DNA of 64,000 nucleotides from Gekko japonicus. Lineage: Eukaryota. The stretch spans positions 261,288 through 325,287 of the forward strand of contig NW_015163610.1 in the NCBI RefSeq assembly GCF_001447785.1, written 5' to 3'. The translations under genes and the position numbers were made by a program. A model generated the notes under the pieces. That model worked only from the letters and a program-made list of their open reading frames with translations. It was not told the DNA's origin and ran no database searches. Below, piece by piece: positions 1 to 12,170 of this stretch (position 1 is its first letter; every line of letters begins with the position of its first letter).

Positions 1-249
1 GGTCAGGCCCCTCCCCCTGCCTTTTACTGACTGAAAGCAAGGTTTGAAGGCTGGCGCTATTTTTGTGGTTGCTTAGTAACCCGCACAATAGCCATTGAGA
101 ACTCAGAGAGCATCTGTTTCTTAAAGCTATAGGTGCTACTTCTATCATTTTGAAGGTTAAGTCCCCAATGTATTTTTTCAGGTTTTTCTGCACACCTGGG
201 TCTTTGTTTGTTCATGATCCCAGGCTCCAGAGTTAAGTATCCACAGATG

Positions 250-410
250 GAGACATGTTGAGAATCTATTAAAATGATCCACCTCTGGAGCTAGATGGAT
301 CCGAATGGCTTTCTGAGAGCTCTAGGAAATTTACCTATTGATATGGCTGGTGCTTCTGTCAATGCCCTGGCTGAACTCTGGAATAAGGAATTTACCCTGG
401 TAATTGACAA
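250..410 (+). mobile_element. L2 LINE ORF2 fragment (degenerate)
   Basis: Translates as ...MDPNGFLRALGNLPIDMAGASVNALAELWNKEFTLVID, resembling the squamate L2 region between the endonuclease and RT. Confidence 0.6.
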
Positions 411-417
411 AAAGGGT

Positions 418-535
418 TTCAACTACCTGTAACTGTTGTTCATTGAGTGGTCTTTTGTGCGGGCACACATTGGACCATGCATGCACAGGCCAGCTGTGGA
501 GACAAAGATTCTGAAGCTTTCTAGTGCTTTCTAGA
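418..535. mobile_element. Possible DIRS-like terminal repeat fragment
   Basis: caactacctgtaactgttgttcattgagtggtcttttgtgcgggcacacattggaccatgcatgcacaggcc resembles squamate DIRS termini, recognised from memory only. Confidence 0.4.
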
Positions 536-707
536 TATATTGATGTCTAGTGCTTTCTAGATATATAGATATTGGTGAAACTACAGTAACTGTTGTCATG
601 GATGGGTCACTCTATTTCATGGCCTTTTGGCCCTACTGTCTGCATTTTTTTCTGTGTCTGCATTCACACTTGTTTCTGTCTATATTTAGTCTTCCAAGGG
701 AGGATTC

Positions 708-792
708 CACTTCATGCATCTGATCAAGTGAAGTTGGTCCTGTCCATAAAATTTATGCTACAATAAATCTGTTCTTTAAAGTGCCTCAAGAT
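708..792 (+). mobile_element. Degenerate Penelope (Poseidon-type) pseudo-LTR fragment
   Basis: catctgatcaagtg...ccataaaatttatgctacaataaatctgttctttaaagtgcc matches the decayed CTGATGAAG...GAAAGCTTATG...AATAAA...TAAGGTGCC pLTR pattern. Confidence 0.5.
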
Positions 793-1079
793 GGTCTGCT
801 TTTTGATTTTGCTCTTTTAATTAAACAAGTTGAGTTGTGCTTTGTCTAGCATGTGCCAGGGGTTGAATGTTGCACCAGACAATCTGTTGGTTATTTCAGT
901 CAGTGATCTTCCAATTTATTTTGATTTCTTTAAACAAATATAAAAGACTACTGTGTTGCCACCTCCCATTTTCCCCTTCCATTTTCAAGTAGTGAACCCC
1001 TTGCTCCTCTTTTCTCCCTATTATTCATGCATATGCATTCAAACAGTGCACTCCTAACCAAAGTTACAATCTTATAAAC

Positions 1080-1296
1080 TAGAGTTGCCAACCTGCAGGT
1101 GGTGGCTGGAGATCTCCCACTATTACAACTGATCTCCAGGCAACAGGGATCAGTTCATCTGGAGAAAATGTCAGCTTTGGAAGGTGGGCTCTATGGCATT
1201 ATATTCCACAGAAGTCCCTCCCCACCCCAAACTCTGCCCTCTTCAGACTCCATCCCCAAAACTTCCAGGGTTCCTAACCTGCAGCTGGCAACTCTG
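1080..1296 (+). mobile_element. hAT-type MITE, family A (~220 bp), nested in a small palindromic MITE spanning about 1043-1356
   Basis: TIRs tagagttgcca / tggcaactctg and a degenerate 8-bp TSD ttataaac/ttctaagc. The flanks reconstitute a cagtgcactcctaa...ttaggacagcac palindromic element that also occurs near 45935-46021 and 56160-56243. Confidence 0.75.
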
Positions 1297-2197
1297 TTCT
1301 AAGCCCATTGACTGCAGTGTATTTTGAAGGGCGTAACTCTCCTTAGGACAGCACCGAAAAACAATGCCCATCTCTTGAAAAGTGACTCCTATAAAGGCAG
1401 CTCCCTTTGTTGCAATATAATTTCTGTCTATCCTTCCTTGTTTGCCAAATAAACAGCAATTTGTAATTCTAAGTGAGGAGAATATTTTCCTGATTCAGAA
1501 GTATCGTTTCCTATGAAAACCATCTGCAATTTTGGGTTACAGCTCCTTCCTTTTGTTTAAGAAATAAATATCATATAATTTCAAAAGAATGATTGAATCA
1601 TCAACTAGATTTCAGTAATTTGTATTGGAACATTTGGTAATTTAATTTAATTCTGGCTCACAGTTCTGGTTTGAAAAGATATCTTGCCAGCTCTGCATTC
1701 AAAAGAGTGTTTCTCAGGAAACTGCCAAATTTTAAAGAGGCTTTGCCAATTGAGGGGTTAAAACAGGTCAAGCTACCAGAAGAGCAGAAGGGTGTTGATT
1801 TTAATGATCACTGCACAGAATCTTGAGGGCATGAGATGATTCAGAGCTACATCAAGACACTGATTATCATATGAGTGCAAAACATACTTGTGTGTGTGTC
1901 ACTTGGCTGGTCCCGAACAAGTATTTTGTGTATGTGTGAAACTGTGCCAAGAGCTTTGGTTTTATTTTTTGTTGGTTGATTCCATGCTTTTGAGCATTGT
2001 TACAGACCCTAGAATTAGAGATGTCTCTCACATTTGCAGAACTTGTAAAGTAGAACACACTGATTTTCCAAGTCTGTGTATCCTGCCAGTTTGCAGTGAT
2101 TAATGACTCCATGGCTTAAAGTGTTTTTCCTGTGTTTCTTTATCTCCATCCTTTTTAATTGCTTGATTCCCCCCCCTTTCTTATTTGTTCCATACAG

Positions 2198-2879
2198 TGG
2201 GAAGAAGTCAGTGGCTATGATGAGAACCTCAACACAATCCGTACTTACCAGGTGTGCAATGTTTTTGAGCCCAACCAGAACAACTGGCTTCTCACCACTT
2301 TTATAAACCGACGGGGTGCACACCGCATTTACATAGAGATGCGCTTCACTGTGCGGGACTGTAGCAGCCTTCCCAATGTCCCTGGCTCTTGTAAGGAAAC
2401 ATTCAACCTGTACTATTATGAAACAGACTCTGTCATTGCCACCAAGAAGTCGGCCTTCTGGACAGAGGCCCCCTACCTCAAAGTGGACACTATTGCTGCA
2501 GATGAGAGTTTCTCTCAGGTGGACTTTGGTGGTAGACTGATGAAAGTGAACACAGAGGTGAGGAGCTTTGGACCTCTCAATCGCAATGGCTTTTACCTCG
2601 CCTTTCAGGATTATGGGGCATGCATGTCACTGCTGTCAGTAAGGGTTTTCTTTAAAAAATGCCCTAGTGTGGTGCAAAATTTTGCCATCTTCCCAGAGAC
2701 TATGACAGGAGCAGAAAGCACCTCTCTGGTGATTGCACGAGGTACATGCATTCCCAATGCTGAGGAGGTGGATGTGCCAATTAAATTGTACTGCAATGGA
2801 GATGGGGAATGGATGGTTCCCATTGGCCGCTGTACCTGCAAGGCTGGATATGAGCCTGAGAACAACATGGTCTGCAAAG
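2198..2879 (+). CDS. EPHB1: Ephrin type-B receptor 1, large internal exon (equivalent to exon 3): ligand-binding domain and start of the Cys-rich/sushi region
   Basis: The translation [45 protein letters not shown]...[14 protein letters not shown]...[18 protein letters not shown] matches EPHB1 rather than EPHB2/3. The acceptor is a pyrimidine tract plus catacag|TGG (2197/2198) and the donor is AAAG|gtaaga (2879/2880). Length 682 bp, phase 0 to phase 1. Confidence 0.97.
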
Positions 2880-4727
2880 GTAAGATAATAATTTGCTCAA
2901 ATGTTGTTTGGTGGTGACTGCCCTTTTTCACCCAAAGGACCGTTCAGAATTCCTCAGTATGGAACTGGACCAAGGTTGTTGTTTAAGGGCTGCCTTTAAA
3001 CCAGTTTCTGCCAGTAACAAGTTTAGAATGCTGAACAATCATTAACACAAACACGGCCACTTTATGGATTATTTGGGGACCTACAAGTTTACATGTTCAT
3101 CTCTGACAGCTGGAGCTCCAGCTTGTGACCTTGATATCTGTTCCTGTTGTGACAAGGATTGCTAAGACCTGGCTTCTAGTTGTATGTGCCTCACCCCCAA
3201 ATCAGGCAGCCAATTGGGATCTTCCTTAACAAATGAATACAGAGAATAGATGAAGTATTCTGAGCAGTGACTATGATTTTCTTATGCTTGCTCTATGCTT
3301 GAATCCACTAAATGTATTTTGCCTGAGATTATGACTTCAGTGTAACAGTGCTAAAGCAGAAAATCCCATTTGTTATATCGTTATCCCATGGTGAAGTTTC
3401 TGATAAGGCCATCAATAGCTTCAGCAAATTGTAATTCTTTTGCCTGCATTCATGGATGATTCATGACTTATTGTGAAGCATCTGTAGTGAACACACAATT
3501 GTGATTGGTCAGTACAGTAGGTCATGTTTGCAGAATGGTTGTAGCTTAATTTATACTTCTTTTTCATTTTTGCTTGAGAAATAATTTGGAGGACCCACTT
3601 TATTAGCATCATATTTGTGAAAGAGCTTTTGGGGAAGAGAATGGAAGCATTACTGTATTTGTATGTACCAATACTTTCTGGATCTATAGGGCTCGAACAT
3701 GGTCCTTGGCCGGACCTATCCAGGGCTGAAATCACTCAGTCACCATTTTGCTATGTTTCATGAACCTCACAAGGTCAGACTTAGAATGACCCATATTGGA
3801 CTGATCCACTGACACTGTTGTGGCATATGAACATCCTGTTTTCAGGAAGGCTCTCCTGGCTCTTTGATATGCACAGCAGGATTGTGAAGAACTTGGTTAA
3901 TCATTCTATAAGTATTCTTATGGTCTTTTGTTTCTTGCTCAGTGAAAATACAAAGAGAGCCCATTTTCCCCTCTCTCTAAATCTGGAGCCCAGATAATAG
4001 GCCTGTGGATTGTAGTGAACTTTCCTTGATAAATGGTGTGTACTTTAGATAAACTAAAATCAGTGATGATACATTGCTGTTCTGAATGGAATGGCTTTGC
4101 CACGTTGCATGCATTGAACCCTGGATGCTGTTTAGAGAGTTGTCTTCTCCAGACTATATAAGCAACCAAGAAGGATAAATACTAAGTACTAAAAGTAGAA
4201 AAAAGTAGATATGCTTTCCTCCATTGGTGGCACTGCCAAGAAACTGCTCTACAGCGTTAGGCAGGCTGTAAAACATGGAATGCACAAGAAAAATTTCAAC
4301 ATCTTAGTAAAATCATGGGACTTGGCTTCTGCAGGTGCAATGCCACCCAATAGGGAGTTCTCATTGAGAAATGAGGTGTAATGTGTATGAGTACAACTAT
4401 ATTTCACAAAGTCATCACTACAGATGCACAGGAACATACAAATAGCAGCACATCCTTGGATGCCCACCCAAGAGAGCATATTCTGAATACTTATCGCAGG
4501 GACACTTGAACTAAAACCCTGAGAGAACCGCTTAGTAAATATTTCAAGAAATAGCCAAAGATATGTGGTTTTTTAAATAGAACATACTAAGTAGAAAGCT
4601 AATTTACCTTATTTTCTCATTCACAGTTCAAACATCTCTGTAAAGTAAATCCTGAAAATACTGTCTAATGTCCATAAATAAGCTTCGCTTTAAATGTGTT
4701 TTTAATGCTATTTAGTTGTTATATATA

Positions 4728-5376
4728 GGTCCCGGTCACATGCGCGAGATAATGCGCGGGGGAAGCGAGGCTATCTAACCTGGAGGAAATTGACCCGCAG
4801 GTGCGCGATCACACAGTTCTTGCTGTTTGACAGCCATACTTTTGATGTATTCCTAAATTTAAATGTAATCTTATCTCTTACATGCCAATAAAGGGTTGTC
4901 TGTCTGTCTGTCACACAGTTCTTTGAAGCTGCGGGCATAGCCCGCCACTGCATGATCAGACGCAATTGCGGGTGAGTTGGTTGGGGTTTTTTTGCTGTTT
5001 GTTTTCAATTCGCTTAAACGGAGGATCAATTAATCACATCTCCACACTGAGGGCTTCCTACGGCAGTATGCGATGATGCGCATACTGAGAAGGGGGAAAA
5101 AACAACGGCATGGAGTTGGGATGGCCTGATCAGACCATGCCAACGCCATGAGAGCGCGCTGGAATGATCACACAGGGGAAAGTCCGTCTATGGCCTGTAG
5201 CAACCTGTTTGATACTGGACTTTCCCTGGTATTTTTTAACTCCGCTTCTTTGGCAGAGCGAGACGGGTTGCCGACGGGTGCGGGACACTTGCCAGATGTT
5301 CCCGTGTGATCGTGCCCTTAAAATCTGCCCAGCATTCATGCCTATCGTGCGGCTAATTCTGTGTGTGATTGGGACC
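4728..5376. mobile_element. PIF/Harbinger-type non-autonomous element
   Basis: TIRs ggtcccggtcaca / tgtgattgggacc with a 3-bp ATA duplication. Homologous to 24217-24670 and 32242-33457. Confidence 0.7.
4822..4910 (+). mobile_element. 89-bp 5'-truncated non-LTR retroposon 3' end inserted in the Harbinger element
   Basis: Perfect 13-bp TSD tcacacagttctt (4809-4821 and 4911-4923), AATAAA at 4887 and a (tctg)n tail. Confidence 0.75.
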
Positions 5377-5394
5377 ATAGGTTTGTTAAAATGC

Positions 5395-5832
5395 AAATAG
5401 TACTGTGTCCAGTTTGGGGTACAGCAGTTTGAGACAGATGTGGATAAATTGGCATTGGTTCAGAGGAGGGTCACAAGGAAAAGGTTGAAGGAACTGTATA
5501 TGCATAGCTTGAAGAACAGAAGATGGAGGGGGAGGGTCTTCAAAGCATTCTCCTCATACCTGGCTGTTGCTTACAAAAAAAACAAAGATTAGTTCTCCAC
5601 TGCTGCAGAGGGCAAGACTAGAGTTAATGGGTTCAAGTTAGATCTCAATAAACCTCTGGTAGAAGCTCCCTAACAATAAGCAGTTTGACACTGGAATTAG
5701 GCATGTATGGGAGACGTAAGGTGTCCCTTGCTAATAGTCTCCAAGCAAAGACTGAATGGCAAATATTGGGGACTGCCTAGCTTTGGATTTCCTGCATTAA
5801 TCAGGAAGGCCTCCTTCAACTCCTTGATTCTA
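5395..5832 (+). mobile_element. Old CR1 LINE 3' fragment
   Basis: tactgtgtccagtttgggg...gttcagaggagggtcacaagg (YCVQFW...VQRRAT-like), ending in ccttcaactccttgattcta. Confidence 0.7.
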
Positions 5833-8060
5833 CAAAATTATATTGGAGGCACTTGAATCTAAAGCTAGCTATGTTACACACTGCTTTCTTAACAGAGTAA
5901 AGCTTGAGTTCATAAGGGCCACCACCACAGAAAGAACTGAATATGCCTACTGACATTTTCTGGCTATATGTCCAGGGTAGCTGAAAATCACAAGGGCCTC
6001 TTTGTGAGCCTCCTTTGTGGCAACCTTTTTGTGAAATTGTAATGATTCAGGAATTGCCTTGTCAATCAGAACCCAGAGCCCTTCCAGTTTGAGCATAGTG
6101 ACGGATCCCACAGTAAATCTCCTCTAGCAGAAGACATCTGTCTCTGGGAAACAGGGCTTTCTTGTTTCATCTCTCCCACTGCAGCCTTAAATGGTTTCTG
6201 AAATGGTGCTCCTGCAGACAGCCCCCCCCCCCGGGAAAAAGCATGAAGCGGCTTTGGAGGTCTAGAGCAGAAAGAGGGAATCAGCAAAAATTGTCTTCCT
6301 TCTGTTAGCACAAATTCTCCACAGGATCCAAGGCTTTGCCTCCAACAGCAATCAACCAGGTGTCCCTGGGAAGCTCATACAACAGGTCTGAATGGAGATA
6401 TCCATTCCTTATTAATTGTGCCCCATATCTGGTGATCAAAAAGCCGAACAGATTATATTTACGTAGAACTTCAAATTTTCTAAAGATGGGATATTTCTCC
6501 CGATTGCGGAGGTTCAAATTGCCCTTAACAAAAGTATTCCTATCTGATTTTAGAAGAAAATGGAAGCTGTTTTATACTGCAGAAGCATCAGCCGTGCTTT
6601 ATTAGTATTTAATAATTGAAGTGCAAGATCCCTGGCAAGATAAAGTGCAGTGAATAAAAACCAGTAAAATAATAGTGACAACTCTCTCTATATCCTATGC
6701 AATGTAAAATGGCCATAAAAGACATAAGAGATAATTGATTGCCACATCATACTCACCATCTAGTGGCATCATGAGCAGGTGCTGAATTAAATTGAAAGCA
6801 AATTATAATATACAAAGATTAAATACGAATAATCAAGAGGAGCAAAACTTGAGGAAGAGATAAAGTATAGAAGGATTCTGAATGTAAAGCCTCAGTGCTT
6901 AAAATTGACCTTAATCAGTCCCCGTAGGCCTAGAACAAAATGTTTCAAGCCTCCCCAGCCCTAGCAAAGTCCAATTGGCAGTTCTCTGTATTTCTGGCAT
7001 GATGCTGTGATGCATAGCTAGAAGCATGGGGAAAACTGGTACCATTTTTTCAAGGACACTCTCATGCTAAGTAGCTTCCAACCATGAACTGGTCATGTAT
7101 CCACCTTTGATGGCCATGTTGACAGGTAGGATGTTGATGTGGAGAGAAACCCTCCCTCTGTCTCAATGCACAGAATTGAATGGCAAAATGAAAACCAGAA
7201 GGTGGATTCTGGAATAACTTCTGGTGCTCACACAAGGGCTGTATGAAATGATCCTAAGAAATTATAGGAAAGTTACCTTGGTATGAGATCTGCTTCATAA
7301 ATGTATGTCAAGATGTCAAGAAAATGTGCTTTCCCACGTGCATACATACACTGCACATAGCCACAGAACTGAATGTCCTTGTGACATGTAAGTATATTGC
7401 GTATGTTCTAAAATGGGCCTTGAAATGCAAATGTTGCATTTTTAGTATTAATATGGGCCTACTGAAAATGTTTCTTATGACATGGCCCTCAGTTTCTTGT
7501 GTCAATCATTGACATTCTATATCCTTTGGTAAACTTTCTCACAATATTTCCCCTGGAAATGTTATATTGTGGGCTAACTTTTCTCATGAAATGATTTTTT
7601 AAAATCCCATTTAATCCTCTCAATGGCAAATGATGCAATAGAAACTGACCTCTTAGCCTTACCTGAAAGAAAAAAAGGACTGAGGATCATGCAGGGATCC
7701 TGCTTTAATATTTCTGGGTAGGTGCCCACGTGTTGCCCCCTTGATTGCTAATACTGACAATCCACAGAATGGAAAAGAGCTTCGAGATCTTCTGTACTGA
7801 ACTGATTAGAAGAGGAGGAGAACTGGCACCTTGGAGGATGGGGCAAATTCACCAGGGGCAGATGATGATCAGGATTCTAGCAGGAACAGGACCTGGAATG
7901 GATAGGCTAAGTGGGTGGTAATGGTATTGGCATGCAAGCTATTGGAACTCAAGCTAAATTTAAATGATACAGTTCACCGAGTTCTCAATTGTGAAGTCTG
8001 GTATGAATACCTGCAGTGCGTGTTGCTTGTTGAAAACATTCATTGATGTTGCATAGTGTA

Positions 8061-8850
8061 CAGGCCCGTAGCCAGAAAATTTTCAGTAGGGGGACAAAGA
8101 CCGGGAGCAGGGAGTTTAATTAGATCACCACTAATTAGATTAACAACTTATCTAATTAGTGGTTTTGAAGAAAGCTCTCAGAAGGGAAGAAGCCACTGAG
8201 GCTGTAAGAGAAAGAAGAGCCTATGGAGTTGGGGAGATGGTCTCAAGCCATTCCGTTTCCCAGCTTGCAGGAGATGCAACAGAAGATTGCTGGCAAGGCT
8301 GCAAAATGTCTTCCCAGTTTGACTTTCTTACACCGTATTATGGAAGACTCCCAAATTCTCCTCTCAGAAATCAAGAGCCACGTGAGTGAGCAAACACAGT
8401 AACTGGGCAGGGCAGGGGTGATCAAGGCTGTGGGCGAGCTTGGCAGAGGATGGCCCACCCCGGTGCCTCACTGTGCCTGCACCAGCCCGCCAGAGCAGGA
8501 GGAGATGAATGGCCAGCCCGGCGGGCACTCACAGTCTTCTGCAGCTGCTGTGGCCTCCTGCCACCCTGCTGGGGGACTTGTCTACTGCTGCAGGACTGCG
8601 CCTTGGCCCCTCGTGGGGGCCAGAGCTTTCGTTCAGGTAGGTGGGGGCAGCTCTGGACTGGGACTGGACTGCCCATGAGGAAGGTGCCCTTAGCTGGCAT
8701 CCCCCAGGGGGCTGTGAGGGCAGCAGGGGAGGAGCTCACTGCTGGCGTCATTGCCCCATTCAGGCTCTCTCCCACTTCCTTGGAACCAGACCCAACTCGT
8801 TGAAAACAAGGGAACCTGGACCCAACTCATTAGAAATCATACACTGAGCT
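8061..8850. mobile_element. Probable truncated hAT-type element with a GC-rich interior
   Basis: The left end caggcccgtagccag resembles the TIR of 59905-61194. No right TIR or TSD found, so the right boundary is approximate. Confidence 0.35.
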
Positions 8851-9052
8851 CAGTTCTCAGTCCTCCCTCCATCCCTGCACAGTGGATTCCATTGACATTA
8901 TGCACCCTACATCCCTTTCCTGCTGCAGTAAAATTTACCTTACTTACTAGTAGTGGACGATGGACACACATTCAGTAGTTCCACCCAACACGGGATGACT
9001 TTCTTATTCAGCCGACAATGACTTAGGAGTCATTCCAAAAAGTCTGGTGCAT

Positions 9053-9422
9053 TACTTTTAAAAAACATTTTTAAAAGAGAAATCATTTCAGTTTACAAAC
9101 ACAAAAATAAAACATAAACTACAATCAACTACAGTCATCTAGATCAACTACAATCAACTACAGTCATCTAGATCATACATAACACCTAGACGATCATCTA
9201 CAATCATCTTCAACTACTATCATCTGCAATATCTAGATCACATACAAAACTTAAATGATAATAACTTATATCATACAATTATCAAACAAATCATATATTT
9301 ATTGAGAATTTACATATACTCCCAATTTTTCACTTCCATTTAAATATCTTTACCTTTTCCAACTATTTTCATATTTAATAATTTATTATTACAAACATAT
9401 ATTGCCGAATAAAAAATCTGGT
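9053..9422 (-). mobile_element. AT-rich retroposon 3' end (L1-like 3'UTR) containing a 29-bp tandem duplication
   Basis: 16-bp TSD aaaaagtctggt(g/a)cat at 9037-9052 and 9423-9438, strong strand compositional bias, and aactacaatcaactacagtcatctagatc x2 at about 9117-9174. Confidence 0.6.
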
Positions 9423-9670
9423 AAAAAGTCTGGTACATACTTGGTTTCTAGATCGTATGAAGGTGGGAAGCTCAAATTTAGATGGGAAAATTTCAGCCTG
9501 GTAGTATGAACTAATCCATGGCTCTCAGCTCTTTAGTAGGTTATAATCTCTGGATAACTATTTAAAATGTTGTTATACTGTTTCTATTGCATAATTTTAA
9601 ATTGTGTAATCTGCCTTGAATCTCAGCAGGGAATGCAGAGTATCAGTGAACTAAAGGAATGTACCCCCCC

Positions 9671-9822
9671 CCATTTTATCTTCACAACAACCCTGTGAGG
9701 TAGGTTAGGCTGTGAATGAGTGACTGGCCCATGGTCCACCCAGTAAGCTTCCATGGCAGAGATGGGATTTGAACCTGAGTCTCTCAGATCCTAGTCTGAC
9801 ACTCCAACTGCTACACAAAGCT
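9671..9822 (-). mobile_element. tRNA-derived SINE (old Squam3/MIR-like)
   Basis: cacaacaaccctgtgaggtagg core and gggatttgaacc (reverse B box). Confidence 0.7.
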
Positions 9823-10526
9823 GCACTGTTAGTGTAAACCTGAGCGATTTTCACATGCCTCTTCAGAAGGCTGTGCATTTCCCTTTCCTAGTTTCAAATC
9901 CATTGTGCCTACAGCCCTGCCTTGATTATTTGTTAATGCTAAGGAACAGGGGCTGCAGCAAAGGAAAATCAAGCAGCAGATCATGCTCTTGAAGGAGGCC
10001 ATGCAACAGCTGCCACACAAACACAAAACTCTCCAAAGTGATGTTTGTGATTTCCTGGCTTCAAAGGGCTTATGCAGGGCTGCGTTGGCTAGCTGGGCCT
10101 CTTTCATCTTTCTCATTATATCCTGAGCAAAGCTGCAGGAATCAGAACAAGCCTTGATTGGTTCTGATTTAAATGGAACTCCGGGAACGACACTCTGATT
10201 CTTTCTCTTAATTGGAACTTTTCTCTCTCTTGTTTTGGACTTTGCCATGCGTGCTGTCAATTTGATACTGCCTGCTGGAATCCTCAGAGGGGTTGGATTA
10301 TAAATATGGAAATTATGTGCTTTCTTCTTTTCTGTCACTGCTTTCTTTTTATTAAAATTGCCCAAATTTTACTCTGTGCCTACTAGCTTTACTTACATTT
10401 TCTATACTCTGAAACTGCATTTCAGTTTAAAGGGATCAGTCCAAAGTTTCTAGAAAGCAAGGTAATGAGAATTTGAGAGCGTTGAACCTGGTGATATTCG
10501 TATAGTGCTGAAAGCAGCTTGCAGAT

Positions 10527-10806
10527 AGAAGAGAAGTGGAGAAAAGATTGGATTTATACCCTGCCCTTCCCTTGGAATCTCAAAGTGTTTTACAATCTCC
10601 TTTCCCTTCCCCGCCCCACAACAAACACCCTGTGAGGTAGGTGGGGCTGAGAGAGCTCTTTTGAGGACTGCTCTTGAGAGAACAGCTTTGAGAGAACTTG
10701 TGACTGACTCAAGGTCACACCAGCAGCTGCATGTGGAGGAGTGGTGAATCAAACCCAGTTCTCCCAGATTAGAGTCCACGCACTTAACCACTACACCAAA
10801 ATGGCT
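10527..10806 (-). mobile_element. Squam3-type SINE with (CTT)n tail
   Basis: Reverse tRNA head (cacttaaccactacaccaaa) and an L2-like 3' end. Similar to 27998-28279 and 51705-51970. Confidence 0.8.
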
Positions 10807-10866
10807 CTCTTACAATAAGATAACAATATCTTACCTGATACTATCTGAATTGTATTATCAATACAT

Positions 10867-11196
10867 TAGGGTTGCCAGCCCCTAGGTCCCAGCAGGGGAT
10901 CCCCCGGTTTCGGGGGATTCTCCCCACCATGGACCAGCTGGCCAGCATGGGAAACCTGAATAGGGACGCAATGATGTCACCTGGAAGTGACATCATCATG
11001 TTGGGGGGAGTTGTGGACATCACGTGGGGGATGCTCCGGTTTTTAGGCAAATGCTATAGTTTAAGCCCAACGCTATAGTTTAAGCCCAACCAGAGTGTCC
11101 CCCATGTGATGTCCCCATCATTGCATCAAGGATGTTGCACAACATCCATGCCATTCCCCAGAACACCCTCCCAATCCCCCTGCTGGAGCAATCCTA
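10867..11196. mobile_element. hAT-type MITE, family B
   Basis: TIR tagggttgcca...gcaatccta, aatacat on both flanks, an internal ctggaagtgacatca and a duplicated gctatagtttaagcccaac. Confidence 0.7.
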
Positions 11197-11644
11197 AATA
11201 CATCTAATTCTCAACATGGCAAATCTGTAGATACTTAAATACAAATATTGGAGCCATGAATAGACAAGACGGGTCTTTCTACAAACCTGAGAAAAAAGCT
11301 CCAGGCTTGCAGAAAAAACTGAAATAAAAAATACACTGGGGAGTTAACCTCCACACACACAAATAACAGAAGTAGTGCCTGTAGCTTTAAGGAACAAATG
11401 CCCTCTGTGGCTGTTGCTAGGCAATCATAATAGTATTTCCAGTTGAAGCAATGGTTTTTGTCAGTAAAGGGCAAGAGGAGGGACAGGGCCTTTTCCAGGG
11501 TTGTTTTGGCCTCTAAAAGAAGATTACTTGGGGCCAGGTCTGGCAGCAACCATGGGCAACTGATGGCACATTAGGTCCATGACTCACTCAGACCCAGCTC
11601 CTCACTACTGTTCAACAGCAGCCACCACACAAAAACTGCTGTTT

Positions 11645-11860
11645 TGTAGGGGTTAGAGTTTCAGATTAGCATCTGGGAGATGCTGGTTCAAATCACTGTT
11701 TTGCCATGGCATCTTGCTGGGTGACCTTGGGCTAGTGACACACATTCAGACTAACCTGCCACAGGGTTGTGGTGAACATAAAATGGAAGAGAATGATGTA
11801 AGCCACTTTGAGTCCACATTGTGGAGAAAGTTATGGTATAACTGTAGCAAATAAATAAAT
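11645..11860 (+). mobile_element. tRNA-derived SINE (old Squam3-like) with (TAAA)n tail
   Basis: ggttcaaatc B box, gtgaccttgggc, gtaagccactttgag and an aaataaataaat tail. Confidence 0.7.
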
Positions 11861-11879
11861 ATAGCTGAAGGTATGTAGG

Positions 11880-12170
11880 GGCTGTGGAAGGTCAGTAGTT
11901 CAGCAGTTTGAGACCCAGGTGCTGCATGATGGAGTGAGCTCCCATCTCTGGCCCCAGCTCCTGCCAACCTAGCAGTTCGAAAGCAAGAAATTGCAAGTAG
12001 ATAAATAGGTACCACTTTGGTGGGAAGGTAACAGCATTCCGTGTGCCTTGGTGTTTAGTCATGCCAGCCACATGACCACGGAAACGTCTTCGGACAGCGC
12101 TGGCTCTTCGGCTTTGAAACGGAAATGAGCACCGCAACCCTTTCAAGCAAGGGAACCTTTACCTTTACCT
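11880..12170 (+). mobile_element. Sauria SINE, 5'-truncated
   Basis: gtgagctcccat...gcagttcgaaagc...ggtaccac body with an (ACCTTT)n tail. Flanked by tatgtagggg/tatgtaagggg. Confidence 0.85.

Noticed and set aside
718-760. Penelope-associated hammerhead ribozyme (also a weak candidate at about 27750-27795, minus strand)
   Set aside because: The catalytic core is mutated (ctgatca instead of CTGATGA, GAAA lost) and I could not build the stems, so it is unlikely to be active.
2159-2197. ORF-track extension of the EPHB1 frame upstream of the exon
   Set aside because: This is the polypyrimidine tract and acceptor, not coding sequence.
9829-10365. 178-aa minus-strand ORF in unique sequence
   Set aside because: No ATG start at the annotated position, no recognisable homology and no clear splice context. 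The region could still be a non-coding conserved element.
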